Part shown: positions 1 through 24,000 of the stretch, one piece after another
Numbering within the stretch: the first letter of the stretch is position 1
How the letters are laid out: every line of letters starts with the position of its first letter
Source: Ascidiella aspersa
Lineage: Eukaryota
Direction: 5' to 3'
Assembly: GCA_963924565.1 (NCBI GenBank)
Contig: OZ004610.1
Span: 27,404,001 to 27,468,000 of the forward strand
Length of the DNA stretch: 64,000 bases
Made by a program: the position numbers and the translations under genes
The notes under the pieces: model-generated
Databases searched by the model: none
Told to the model about the DNA's origin: nothing
What the model saw: only the letters and a program-made list of their open reading frames with translations

Positions 1-728
1 AATATCGGAATTTTTTGTTTAGCGATCCAAAGTAGCGATTCTACCTTGAAAGGTATTTTTACTTGAGCGAAAGCAAATTTCGGCCTAGTTTTTGGAAAAA
101 AATACCTTGGAACGTTTCGATTTCTTCTAATTTGCTCCTTTGGGCATAGTAATGACGTCACTTGGTATCGGCTCTGTTTGTTTTTTTTGTTTTTTTTTGT
201 AGTCTGTTTGAAATATTTATGTGTTAGTCCATGTATAACCACGACGTCATTTGGCGTCAGCTAACTGGAGGTTCGGGTTGAGGTATTTTCACTCCGGAAC
301 ACTAAGTCTTCAATAGTCCTTGAATTAATTTACGTAATAAAAAGTCGTTGAAAAACTTGACGTTTTTCCAAAATCTTTGAATAGATAGTGGTCTTTAAAC
401 TTATTTTTATGTGTAAAAGTCGTGTGTTTAGAAGTGCTACTATAAAAAACACTAAAAAGCTATTTTTAATTGTGTTGACGAAGGCTTTTATACTGTTTTG
501 TTTTCGAAATATATTTTAAAAACGTCAAGCGACCAAATTTTAGGTTTCTGAAAACGTAGAAACTTTTCTTGAAAAATCTTGGAAAAGTCTTTGATATTTT
601 TTTTTATAAATTTGCATGACAACCCTGGTTTGGAACACAACACACGTTTTTGAGTAATTACAATAAAATACTGAAGCCATTATATTCGATAAGAAACGAT
701 AATTTTATCATTTTATCTTCAATTAAAT

Positions 729-772
729 TTTACACTGACAATGGCACGAGGTATTGCCGAAACGTTTGCAAA
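729..772 (+). ncRNA. Degenerate minimal type-I hammerhead motif (family A)
   Basis: tttaca-CTGACAA-T-GGCA-cgaggtat-TGCC-GAAACGTT-tgcaaa: stems I and II plus a palindromic ACGT stem III, with a G8-to-A change. Confidence 0.5.
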
Positions 773-845
773 CACCAAACTGACGTTTGTATCGAATCTA
801 ATGGCTTTAGCATCTTTATTGAAACCCTGGTTTGTTTCGTCACAG

Positions 846-12975
<12,130 letters not shown>

Positions 12976-13005
<30 letters not shown>

Positions 13006-13202
13006 GCGGCCGGCGAAATTACGCGGCCCGGCGCCGTGCTGTAGAGCCCTATACCGGCCCGGTAATTTTTGCGAGTCGTTTAGGGCTGTTGTGACTAGTC
13101 ACTACTACCAGAACCAGATTCCCTACTACTGAACGGCCGGCGAAATTACACGGCCCGGTGCTGTGCTGTAGAGCCCTGTGCCGGCCCGGTAATTTTTGCG
13201 AG
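12976..13202 (+). repeat. 100-bp duplication of the PI4KA stop-codon region
   Basis: 12976-13075 is repeated at 13103-13202 with about 6 substitutions. Confidence 0.9.
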
Positions 13203-13577
13203 GAAAGAGATCTATAACCTACCGAAAAAAAATTTTCTTTATTATTTTATAGTCACCAAGTTTTTTAAATAATGCGTATGGGTGCCATGTAGATCTCATC
13301 TATTCGCAATTTACAAGGCCCGACTTGCTTGCAATGAGTGTCTTCACCGACCTGGCAATTTGCATCTGTAAAGCGGCGTTTTTCGATTGACCAATTTTGC
13401 CGCAAGTAAAGCACATACCTCGAATTTTTAACTCACTCACACTGTCGCAATGACAGTTTATTCCCTCAAATGGCCGTTGCTACAGGCACCGGCGACCGGC
13501 GTATTTGCCAATAAACTGCCCGATTTTCTTTCCGTAGAGCGCTGGCCGCTGTTACGAAAATCGAATTGTGTTGTGAC

Positions 13578-13634
13578 CAGGGCTGCGAACTCGTTTAAAA
13601 AGCCCGAGTACACGAGTCTGACTCCGCAGCCCTG
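13578..13634. mobile_element. 57-bp micro hAT-type element
   Basis: TIRs cagggctgcg / cgcagccctg; TSD gttgtgac / tttgtgac. Confidence 0.7.
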
Positions 13635-16600
13635 TTTGTGACTAGAGTGGTTCGATAATATCGGTCGGTCGATACCCGATACCCAATGGTAGTAACGGTA
13701 CTTGTCCGTTGCTGATCCGATACCAAATTAATATGTCCATCATGGTTTACGACCCAACTATACATTTTTTTGCCTTAGAAGGTAAATTGCTCAGAAAACG
13801 TACTTTTTAATTAATTTGACCAGTTTTCCTTATTTGAGCATGGCAATGACGCCATTTGGTATCAAATCGAACAGTTGTACTTTTTGCCGAAATTTCTTGA
13901 ATGGGTCGGAATAAAAAACAAGTATCGGACATCCCCAGTCGCTATACACGCTTTGGCATTTTCCTTGGCGTTCATTTGCAACGACTACACACGCTTTGGT
14001 ATTTTTCTTGGTGTTCATTTGCAACGACTAAGAGCTAATCCACAAAGTTTTTTTTCGTTGACATCTTTGCCGCTTTTTTTTTCTTTATATCGGGCCCCTG
14101 CCAGCTGCGTATTAGTGTTTGCATTGTGAAACGCCACATATACAAAGTTAATTCTATTTGTGCCGCATTCAATCGCTTGGTGTGATATTCAATACGAGTT
14201 GACCTTTCCGTATAAATGTTCGTTTTTGTTCTAATTTCAGACGCTTAACTGTACAATCATGCAAGCACTGCTTTGTAGCTATCACACAATCAAACGCCTG
14301 TCCCTACCATACGTAGAAAAATATGTGTGACACGACATTCCGACGTAACATGTGTTGCCCCACACAAACCGTTGGTCCGTCACGCTTTACTTTCTCAGTT
14401 ATTGGGCATCGCATATGAGTATACCCACCTGTTTTTTTCAGAGATGTTTAATACTTTAATTTAAGTGTTCGGTCCACTTTTCGCGCTTTATTATTAGCTT
14501 CGAGACGTTCGACTGATGTTTTCTGTTTTTTGAAAGGCTGGTTTTATATGTCCCAAAAAGGTAGTGCTTTGTGGACGTTTGTACAGAGTTGCCAGATAGT
14601 CTTTGAAACTTTAAAATATTTGAATAGATTTACGCATTAAAGTCTTTAAAAACAACCCTATGTTTTTCCGAACGTATTTGAAGTCTTTAATTTTATTTCC
14701 GACTTAAGTTGGGTGTTTAGAAAATGCCATTAAGAAAAAAACTCATATTAATCGTGATGTATGGCATCGGGCGATCCCAGTTTAGGTTTTCGAAAACCTA
14801 CTAATTTTCATGTCAAAAATCTATGACAACCCTTTAGTAGCTTTAATTGTATTTATACCATGCACCCTATTCGTTTAATTAGCCAAAGAAACGAACCTAT
14901 ATATCGCTTTAGCAGTATGACTCATATTGTGGTTGTTGTAGTTTTGAGACCCTGTAGTCCCGACATCGTTTGAATGCACTGTGCTAGTCGCCACTTTTTC
15001 TAAGGAAAGCAATTTGTCTTTTGGGCAACCAACCTATACGCTTTTAGCAGATGCAATATTTCTCTTTGTGGCTTGTGTTTCGCCAGTGGTGGTTTATTTT
15101 GTGGCATTATCTAGGGTTATATAAAATGCTCTTAGATTCTCTACTATCTGTCAAGAAATAAGTGCAAGGCAATTCCAGTACCATGTTAATTTCTATAAAA
15201 ATTAACTTTGCAGCAAACGGTTTAAATTTCCGAAAAGCTGTCGTAAATATATTGACAATTTGTCTGCAGTTTTATCGTTTTGTCAGATTAATACAAATTT
15301 ACACTCTAAGTTAAACAAATTGAAGTAAATATTAGGGCTTTTTCTCTCTCATACTCGAAGTAAACCTAGTTCTATTAAGTCAACCTAGTTCTATTATTTT
15401 TTTTTTCAGTTTTTTAAAAATTATAATTTTTTTTTGGTTTTTTAATGTATTGTATAACGATGTTTGCAACCCTATTAAGGTTTCCCCCATTTCTTTTTCA
15501 ATGACCTGGAAAAATAACCTTGTAATTTATTTCATGGAGCAGACGATAAGAATAGCACTTGCTTATTACTGTTTTCTTTCTGACTCTGACCTACGCATTT
15601 TCCGCATTCCTTCGCTTTCGTTTCTTTCTTTCGCTGTATTTAATTATAATCTTAAAATTTCGTCGGCAAAAGTCAACCCGTATACGTTTTCTTTAGGCTT
15701 CCATGAAAATTTATCACCGCCAAAAACAAAAATAACAAAAGAAACAATGTACTTGCTATAGGCTGTGTATTAAAACAGCCTTTTGTTTGGCCACAAGAAA
15801 ATCACAATTCCTGTTTTTCGTGATTTTAAATTGTTATTTATCTGTAGATGTCAATGCTTAGCGTATTTTGTCTTGTTCAAATATGTTCGTCTTCGTTTTA
15901 ACTTTCTATGCGATTTTATATTTTCGCACTTCGGTGTAAAGAAACAAACGAACAACAGAACTGTTTTAGTTGAACCTAGAAAAATTGTTTTGGGTAGGCA
16001 AAAAGCTATTCGCAATTGCGATTCGTGTCTAGACATGTTGATTTGCATTTATTTGCCGGTTAGTAATTCCCAGAAAATTCTGGACAATCGCCAACCTTAG
16101 TTAGCACTAGTCAGAAATCGGTTATCATTTTGCAGGTTTTGCCAAAACGTGTTCAATTTTTCCGGCAATATGTTTCGCTTTTAAAATCTGGTTTGAGTGT
16201 GAAATTGCATCAAAGGTAAAAGTAACACGCGACATGACTTAAACATTTTTTCTCGGTCTATATGTAGGGGTGTAGGTGTAGGACGGTTTTGGCTTTATGG
16301 AAAGCGTTTGTCGTACAAAAGTGTCTGCAAACCCTTCAAAAAAATGGTGATTGAAATTCCGAATATTGTTGGTATTTTTTGTGTGTTACAAATGGGACAA
16401 AAATGCGAATTGTAATGTTGGTACCTAAGCCCTGTGTTAAATGGCTTACGAGCCTCGCAAAGTTACAAAACGAAAAAAATACCATTGTTTTCTAATTGAT
16501 AGACTTTCCAAACATTTTAGCCGTCTCTAGTTTTCAGTAAAATATCAATGCACACAGCTATTCTATATGCAGTAAAGTCAAGGTATTCCTGTTTATTTTA

Positions 16601-18019
16601 TTAAAGGTGTAAAGACTAATCTAATTAAAAGCTACAATTTTTTTACACCTCATTGTCTATTGTATCTCTCCTTGACCGAAAGATTTTCAGCCAGTTAGTT
16701 CAGGATTGGATTTAAGAGTATAAAAACAGCTTATTAGTGAGAAATTTCAAGAAAAACTGCGAAATTGAATATCACCACAGGCCAGGAATAAACTGCTACT
16801 TTGTTGTACGGCTTGTGTCGCATCCGTTTAAATATCTCACGGACTGTTTGATCGCAGATGTTCGCCCGTCACAAGTATTTAATTAAACCTCTGATATTAG
16901 TTTTCCTGTTTCAGCGAATTTTGGCCAATCGTAATCCGCTTGGCCTGGCCCAAGGCTACATAGTTAATCACCGAAGCTTTAAGGTTGTTTACAAATTTTA
17001 CACCGCGCCTATAAATACTTGGGCCTCTGCCGAAGCGACTTTGGAGTTTGAGCGTTGAGCCTAAAATACTCGTAGCTTCTTAAATTAGGGCTGGTAATTA
17101 TATCTGTTTTCAATGTAGCACCAATGTCCACTGTGTCGCGCTTATAAAAGGCAGTTCGTTGTAACTTTGAGTTTTAGTGCGCCTCTGTCAAAGTTGTAAC
17201 TGAGTGGTTGTAGAGAAATCAGGTTTGCAGCAGTTTTGCATTTTTGTCAAATTTTTAAAAATCTGCGTAAAAATGTGTGGTTATACACCTCTCCGAAGAT
17301 AGCCGAAATCCTAAGTAGGCCTACACTAAACACAAAATTATGACAGCTGAGCATAGGGTCCACTCCAATTATTCTAACAGATTTGGATGAGCAAATTGTG
17401 GGCCTAAAATGAGAAAGTTGTAAAACAGAAGATTTAAGCGTTTATTGACAAGCTAAATCATTTACCACACAATTACCCGAAAAATATTTATTAAACGTTT
17501 AATGTATGCTATGCTTCACGCAAACTACGAGCCAAGTTATGCTTTGATCTTACAACCAGCTAAAAGTTAGATCAGTGTTCCCCAACCTTTTATAGATTAT
17601 GCCAACCCCCAGAAAAAATAAACAGATAGCGGCAACACTACTAGAAATTTTGTTCTGTGGTTTACTCTAATTTCACATTAAACGAAAGTGGAACAAAAAT
17701 CAAGTTTAAAACAATATAGGTAATTGTATGTTGATTTATTGTTCTATAATAGTACACAAAGAGTTGTATGAAAAGGCTTAACAAAAACAGCAGACTTCAA
17801 ATGCCGTAAGCGTACCTAAAAGATTCCCAAATACCTGGCGACACACTTGAGCATTAGAAATGGCGGCCGTTTTTGCCGCGGCACCGGTAGGGAGCCACTG
17901 AGTTACATCATCAAGCAGCCTGGTTCGTAAACAATAAAGAGCCACACTTACAAGCCGAAACCTTGTGTGTTTACCGACAAGCAGGTTTGACAATAGAGTG
18001 AGCGTTACAGCATTACAAT

Positions 18020-21000
18020 ATGAGTATTGTCGAGGCACCGGCACCAACCACGTTGGAAACGAGAATCGAGTGCGATGTGGCACCCAATATGATCCGCTCC
18101 GAAAACAACTTCTTCATGGGATTGGAAGTGGTAAGGAATCATGCGCGCGGTTTTATTGATGTTGATCTAAAAGCAAGGCAATATTCTATGAAAATGTTTA
18201 AGAGTGCCCTTCAATAATAATTCAGGGAGATTGAAGGCTAAAATGCATTTAATACTGAACTGCGAGATAAGATAATGTGAATTATATTTAGAACCATATT
18301 GTTCAAAACCGGTTATGTTTTGGGGGGTTAATACACTTGGCTATACTTTTGTTTTATAAAATACTTTAGCTTTATGAACATAACTTGCATATAAAAAAAC
18401 AAAAAAATATTTCAATATGTTTTGCAATTTCATTCGGCGTCTATCAGCTGATTGGCAAAATTCACTTGCACAAAATGGATTACGTAAGCAGTTTGGTATC
18501 AATTCGGTGTTATACTCTCATATACAATAAATTTTATTCTAACACACACAATACAGCAATGGCATTTCAGAGATGTAAAGTATATTTTTTTTGTTTATTC
18601 TTGGCTGTATTTGCCATGTGCTGTTCAGCCAACAATGGACCGGATGCGGAGTGATCGATTAAGCTGATAAAATGGTTGTTGACACTTCGTTATCACGTTT
18701 AATCGTCGTGTAAATTACCGCGTGCAATAACCATCACGTCCGCACGTGTTTAAGTGATTTATTGTTGTATTTACAAGTATTTGTTGGGTTTTGGCTGATA
18801 CAGGAAGAAACATTATCCCAAAAGCTTTAAGACTAGTGATAGTTGCTTAATGAACTCCTGGTAAACAAATACAAGATACGGATTTAACTGCCTTTTTCAA
18901 CCATTTTTGTTCAGGCAATCAGGTTTTTTAACCTAATACGTAGCAAAGCCGAAGTTTTTGATTTCCTCTAAAACAGTGATTCCCAACATGAGGGTCGCAA
19001 GGGCTGTCTGGGGTAGGGTCACCATCGGGCCATCAGGGGCACATGCAAGGGCGGGGAGCACGTGGCCATGGCCCCACCTAAACTGACTATGACCACTAAA
19101 TAACATTTTTTGTAGGTAAAATCTGTAAAAAAAACTTCGAATCTAAATATGTAGCTAGAAATCATTTTATTTTTATACTTTTTTACCCTAAAGGCGTCAT
19201 ACGTCCTATCGTAACATCGAAAATTAAGTTTGGGCAACTTAAACGTTATAAAAGTATTTTGTTCTTCGAGCGAATCAGTTACATCGTTTTAGCTTTTGTA
19301 TTGACAGTATAACAGCTGTTCATCTTCATTCAAAAAAACGAAATATTATGTTCATAATGTTGTACTTTTGATAACGTCACGTATAGGCGTAACTTTGTGA
19401 TGTCATATTTTGAGGTTGTGACGTCAATGTATGATGTAACTATGTGACGTCATCTCTAAAAAAAATTGTCATGCCAAACCTAAACAAAATTTTTAGATCC
19501 GCGCCTGGCCCCTAATAGCATTCGATTAAGCAAAGATTGACAAGAAAAAACAGTATGAAGTAAATGCTTATAGCAGTAGCCCAACGACAGTCGTAAAAAT
19601 GTGTTCAGGTGTTATTTTCTTCAGTGAGCCAGTTATGTTTTTAACCCCATCATTACGCCCGTTTCCAATCAATGAATATAGTATAATCTACAGTCAAACA
19701 GTTTTGCTAATAAAATTGTAATGCTACGAATGGAGGCCTAAACTGTAACTTTAGCTTGTTGTGCATACTTTTGGTCACGTTTCGAAACACTTAGTCTAGA
19801 AGTGCAAAGATTTTGATGATTTGAATGTGATTTTGATTGTGGTTTTTGTGTTTCATACACCAAAATTGGGGGGGAAGTTTTGGAAAACTAAAATGGGAGT
19901 CTCAAGAACAAAAAGGTTTGGAACCACTGCTCGAAGACATCTAGAAGTGGCCAACAACATAATCCCTAAAAACATTGGATTCTGTCACTAATTTGGATCG
20001 CTTTATTGCCTACTATAAGTCAAATATAGCCTATAGCTTTTGGTTCGACAACCAGACTGTGACGGCCAGCAATATAGGTCATACTCAAGAATAGCAGTAT
20101 TCAATCACCGGTTCGTTGGAGCTTGTAGTAAGGTTTACAAAACACGGGATTTAGGTTTTCCAACGTAAACGTTTCGTAGTTTCTGCCGCAATCTTAATTG
20201 TAATGTATTTTTGCCTTAAGCAGGCTTGAACAAGGCTAAAATACCATTGAGCAGTGTAATAACGTAGGCCAATATAAACAAGCAAACAATATGATCACAA
20301 GAGTTTTTATTTGGAAAATAACTTTAATTGTTGAGTTTAACGGAGTTTCACCGCTTTTTTGTTTTGCTTTTTATTTCGAACTTTACGTTTTGCCTTGACG
20401 GCCGAAAATTGAGCTTTTCGAAATTTTTTGGGGAGAGAACTAGTTTCGAATCGATTTTTAAGTTTGGAGGTAAGTTGCAAATTCCTCGTTGTTGATATAT
20501 ACTGATGGCTTCAAATAGGGCATTTTAAAATAAACGTTTGACATGTTTTCACCAACACAAACTCGTTTTATATGGTCATTTGAGAGTCGCGATTGCACTG
20601 AAAATGTTAAATAGAGTATAATCACTCAATATTCAGCCAAATAACTTAAAGTATTTAGAGTGTAACCAATCGCATGAATAAAAACGCACCAGGTGACGGA
20701 AAATTAGTTAAAAACTAATCACCGAGTTCTACAAAATTCATAAACTCCAAATGCAATTCGAAATCTACTGGGCCGGACAAACTGAACCAGGCTAAAACCC
20801 ACTGTATACGCAGGAGTAACATCAAACCTACTCTGTCGCCCATTCATGCACTTATTGGCATAAAAATTTGTTCTTTCAGAAATTCACGGTCGAATTTGCA
20901 AAAGTTAACCAGAAACAGGAGGAGGATCCGAAGTATCTCTTCACCGACAAAGAGTTTCCTCCGGACGACAATTCTCTCGTCTTCAAGAACAAAGCTCCGG

Positions 21001-24000
21001 CCGGAGTGGTCTGGAAACGACCTCATGTGAGTTGACCAAGTCCCGATTGCAGTGTTGTAATGACTTAAGTCAATGACGTGACTTAATTGCACTTAAGTCA
21101 CTGTTTTCAAATGACTTGACTTGACTTAAGTCTTTGGGAAAATGACTTGACTTGACTTGACTTAAGTCTTCGGGACAGATGACTTGAGTTAAAGTAAAGT
21201 GTTTTCATTAAACATTTCTTTGTAAAATTGGGTTATTTATCCTAATATTTGCACGTAAAACAATTTGATTGCCCAATTACAAAACAATATTAGAAGCGCA
21301 ATATTTAATAGAACATAGTCATTTCCTTTGAGAATTTTTAAAGTGATAAATATTTTGTTTTAGAAAGAGTGATTATTTTTTTAATTGGCTGAAATTTCGT
21401 GATAATATTAGTTTATTTGTGAATAGGTTTTCAGCAGATTTACAAAAATACGTACAAGGAATTCACTTTTAAGAATATCAAAGCCCATACAGAAGTAGGA
21501 CATCAGATGTTGAAAATGAATAAAGAGTTATTCGAAACGTTCAAAATGATACCTACTTCTGTATGGGCTTTGATATCCTTATTAGGTCTTACTACAACCT
21601 CCAACCATTATGCTCCAAAGAATTCACTTTTATTTTAAAGAATTTTTTTTTATTACACTTAATTTTTTCTAGGTCTCTAGAAAGGGTTTATTGTAGGATG
21701 TCCGTAAGATAACACACGTGTTTACAACACGATATTAGCTGGTTAACAAAAGGTGCTCAAATATTTATCTTTTACGATTTTTGTAAATTTACCTTTGGTC
21801 AGTACCACACATAGGGTACCACTGTAAACACCCTATGTCTCTACCTTGGTCTTGTCTTAACTGATGTTTTTCTGCTTCAGGAATTCGTGAACGATGCTGT
21901 TTTAGTACACGGCTTCGGCAAAAACGACGTTGCCCAGGGTGACCTCGGAGATTGCTATTTCCTTGCCGCAGCAGCTGCGCTTGCGACAACTCCTAAGCTC
22001 CTGACCAAAGTATGCTTGCAGTTGTAAAACTGTATAATTAAATAACAAGATAAATTTTAGTTGACAGACGTATTTTTCCTATTTTGACCCTGATACACGG
22101 TTGTGCGAAAGCTCATCAAAAGTAAAATGCTATATAAACACTGCCACTTGTTTTCAATTAACAAATGAAAGCTATGAACGACGGTTTATAATTTTATTTA
22201 AAGCAAAGCAATAACAAACCACTGAAGTGCACTTGGGCACTGTTTTTAAATGACTTGACATGGAAAAAATAGCTTTTGGATTGATCGTTTTGTGCACATG
22301 ACTTGACTTAAGTCCTTGTGTCAAATTACTTGGGTTGAAATTACAAGTGTTTTTGTAAAATATTTCTTCGCAAAATTGTTTATTTTCATCTCAGTTTTTG
22401 GCACGAAAGCAATCAGCTTGCTATGTTGCGATGTCGTTATTTTTTAGTTGAACTATTTCTCATACATGGACGGTAAAAACTCGACTTGAACCCAAGTCAT
22501 TTCAAAATGACTTGGATTATCTTCTGTTATCTCTTATTTTTAATTAAACAACAAACTTATTTTCCTCTCGTTTTTCAGCTGATCCCTTCCAACCAAAAGC
22601 TGACCAAGGACGGCAAGGCTCCGGAGTACAACGGGATGCTGCAGTTCCGCTTCTGGCGCTTCGGACGCTGGGTGGAGGTTGTGGTGGACGACTACCTGCC
22701 CACCATGGCCGGCTACGGACTCATCTACGGCAGGAGCACAGACCCCCGGGAGTTCTGGGTCTCGATGGCCGAAAAGGCCTACGCCAAGTAAGTCGATGTT
22801 GCTTGGATACTATTGGGTTGTCCAATAATATTGTTTGGGAGCCAATATCCGATCCCAAGTGACGGTATTGATACGCCACCGATATTAGAGTGGTATTGCC
22901 GACATGATACCAAATTTATGTAGGAATTTCGGCAATGATTTGCGATTCAGCGCAATGATTTTCTAAGGTAATTTTTTTTTTATGTTTTAATAACAACTAA
23001 ATGTAACTCAACCTCTTTACGCTAAGGTAAATTTTGCCATGAAAATCTGGAAAATCGCTTTGAACGTTTCAATCGCTTCTTGTTTGCTGCATCTTAATGA
23101 CGTCATTTAGTATCGGATCTCGATGCTTTTTGTTCAAAATATCGTGTCTCGGTATTGAATTAAAATGTTAAGCGGATATTAATTGGATACTTACTTCTCG
23201 GGTGAAGTACAACTTTATGACACCTCACGTTTTCCTCGTTTGAATGTAGTCAGAAGACAATGTTTATATAAGTTAGAGGGTTTGGGTGAAATTAGTTTAT
23301 TTTATAAGTGGGAATAGATCCATTGCTTACACATTTATTACGACGCATTTATTAGCTTAACTATTTCTGAAAAAGCGACCAGGGTAATTTTAAGCGAAGT
23401 GTTACTTTTCGCGAATAATAATTAGTGACTTTTTGATGTTGCTGTACATAAACGTACCATGGATTTTCTAAAAAGACATTCCGAGATTAAATAAATGGAA
23501 TAGTTACCAAATATTTTTAGTGTAGCTCTAACGAGTGTTGAATTGATTTTTACTGACTTGACTTTTGCAAGAAACTTTCATTTTTTGCAGGGCAAACAGC
23601 GTTTTGTGATTAAGTGTAAGCCCCCCTTTTTGTATTGTTTTTTTAATTGTAAACGAATCTCAGTAAGTTCTTTGATGTTTTATCGAGATGGCAATGAAAC
23701 AGATAACTGATTTGTGATGCTATAACCTGACGTTGCAGGTTAAATGGGTCGTATGAGGCGCTGAACGGAGGACAGAACACAGAGACCCTCGAAGACATGA
23801 CAGGAGGCCTGGCGATTCAGTACATGATCAATAAGTCGGACAAGAACACCGTTTACAAGCGGATTGCAATGTTCGTGCTAATCTACCGCAGTACTCGATA
23901 AAAAACGTAAAATATTTTTTTAGCTGGACTAGATTTCTTTTCAGGCGATTAAAGAACGGGCTGATCATCCAAACCCAGTAGTCACAATCATTGTAATTTC

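Noticed and set aside
13006-17980. Possible additional gene between PI4KA and calpain
   Set aside because: The ORFs are low-complexity and AT-rich with no exon chain; the region is best explained as UTR, intergenic sequence and MITEs.
18559-18654. Short ORF resembling a signal peptide (MAFQRCKVYFFCLFLAVFAMCC)
   Set aside because: Only 31 codons in T-rich intron sequence; the hydrophobicity is expected by chance.
20431-20475. Perfect GAG|GTAAGT donor in calpain intron 1, in phase with exon 2 and preceded by NRFLSLE, which resembles the end of exon 1
   Set aside because: There is an in-frame stop upstream and no ATG or clear acceptor, so an alternative coding exon cannot be supported.
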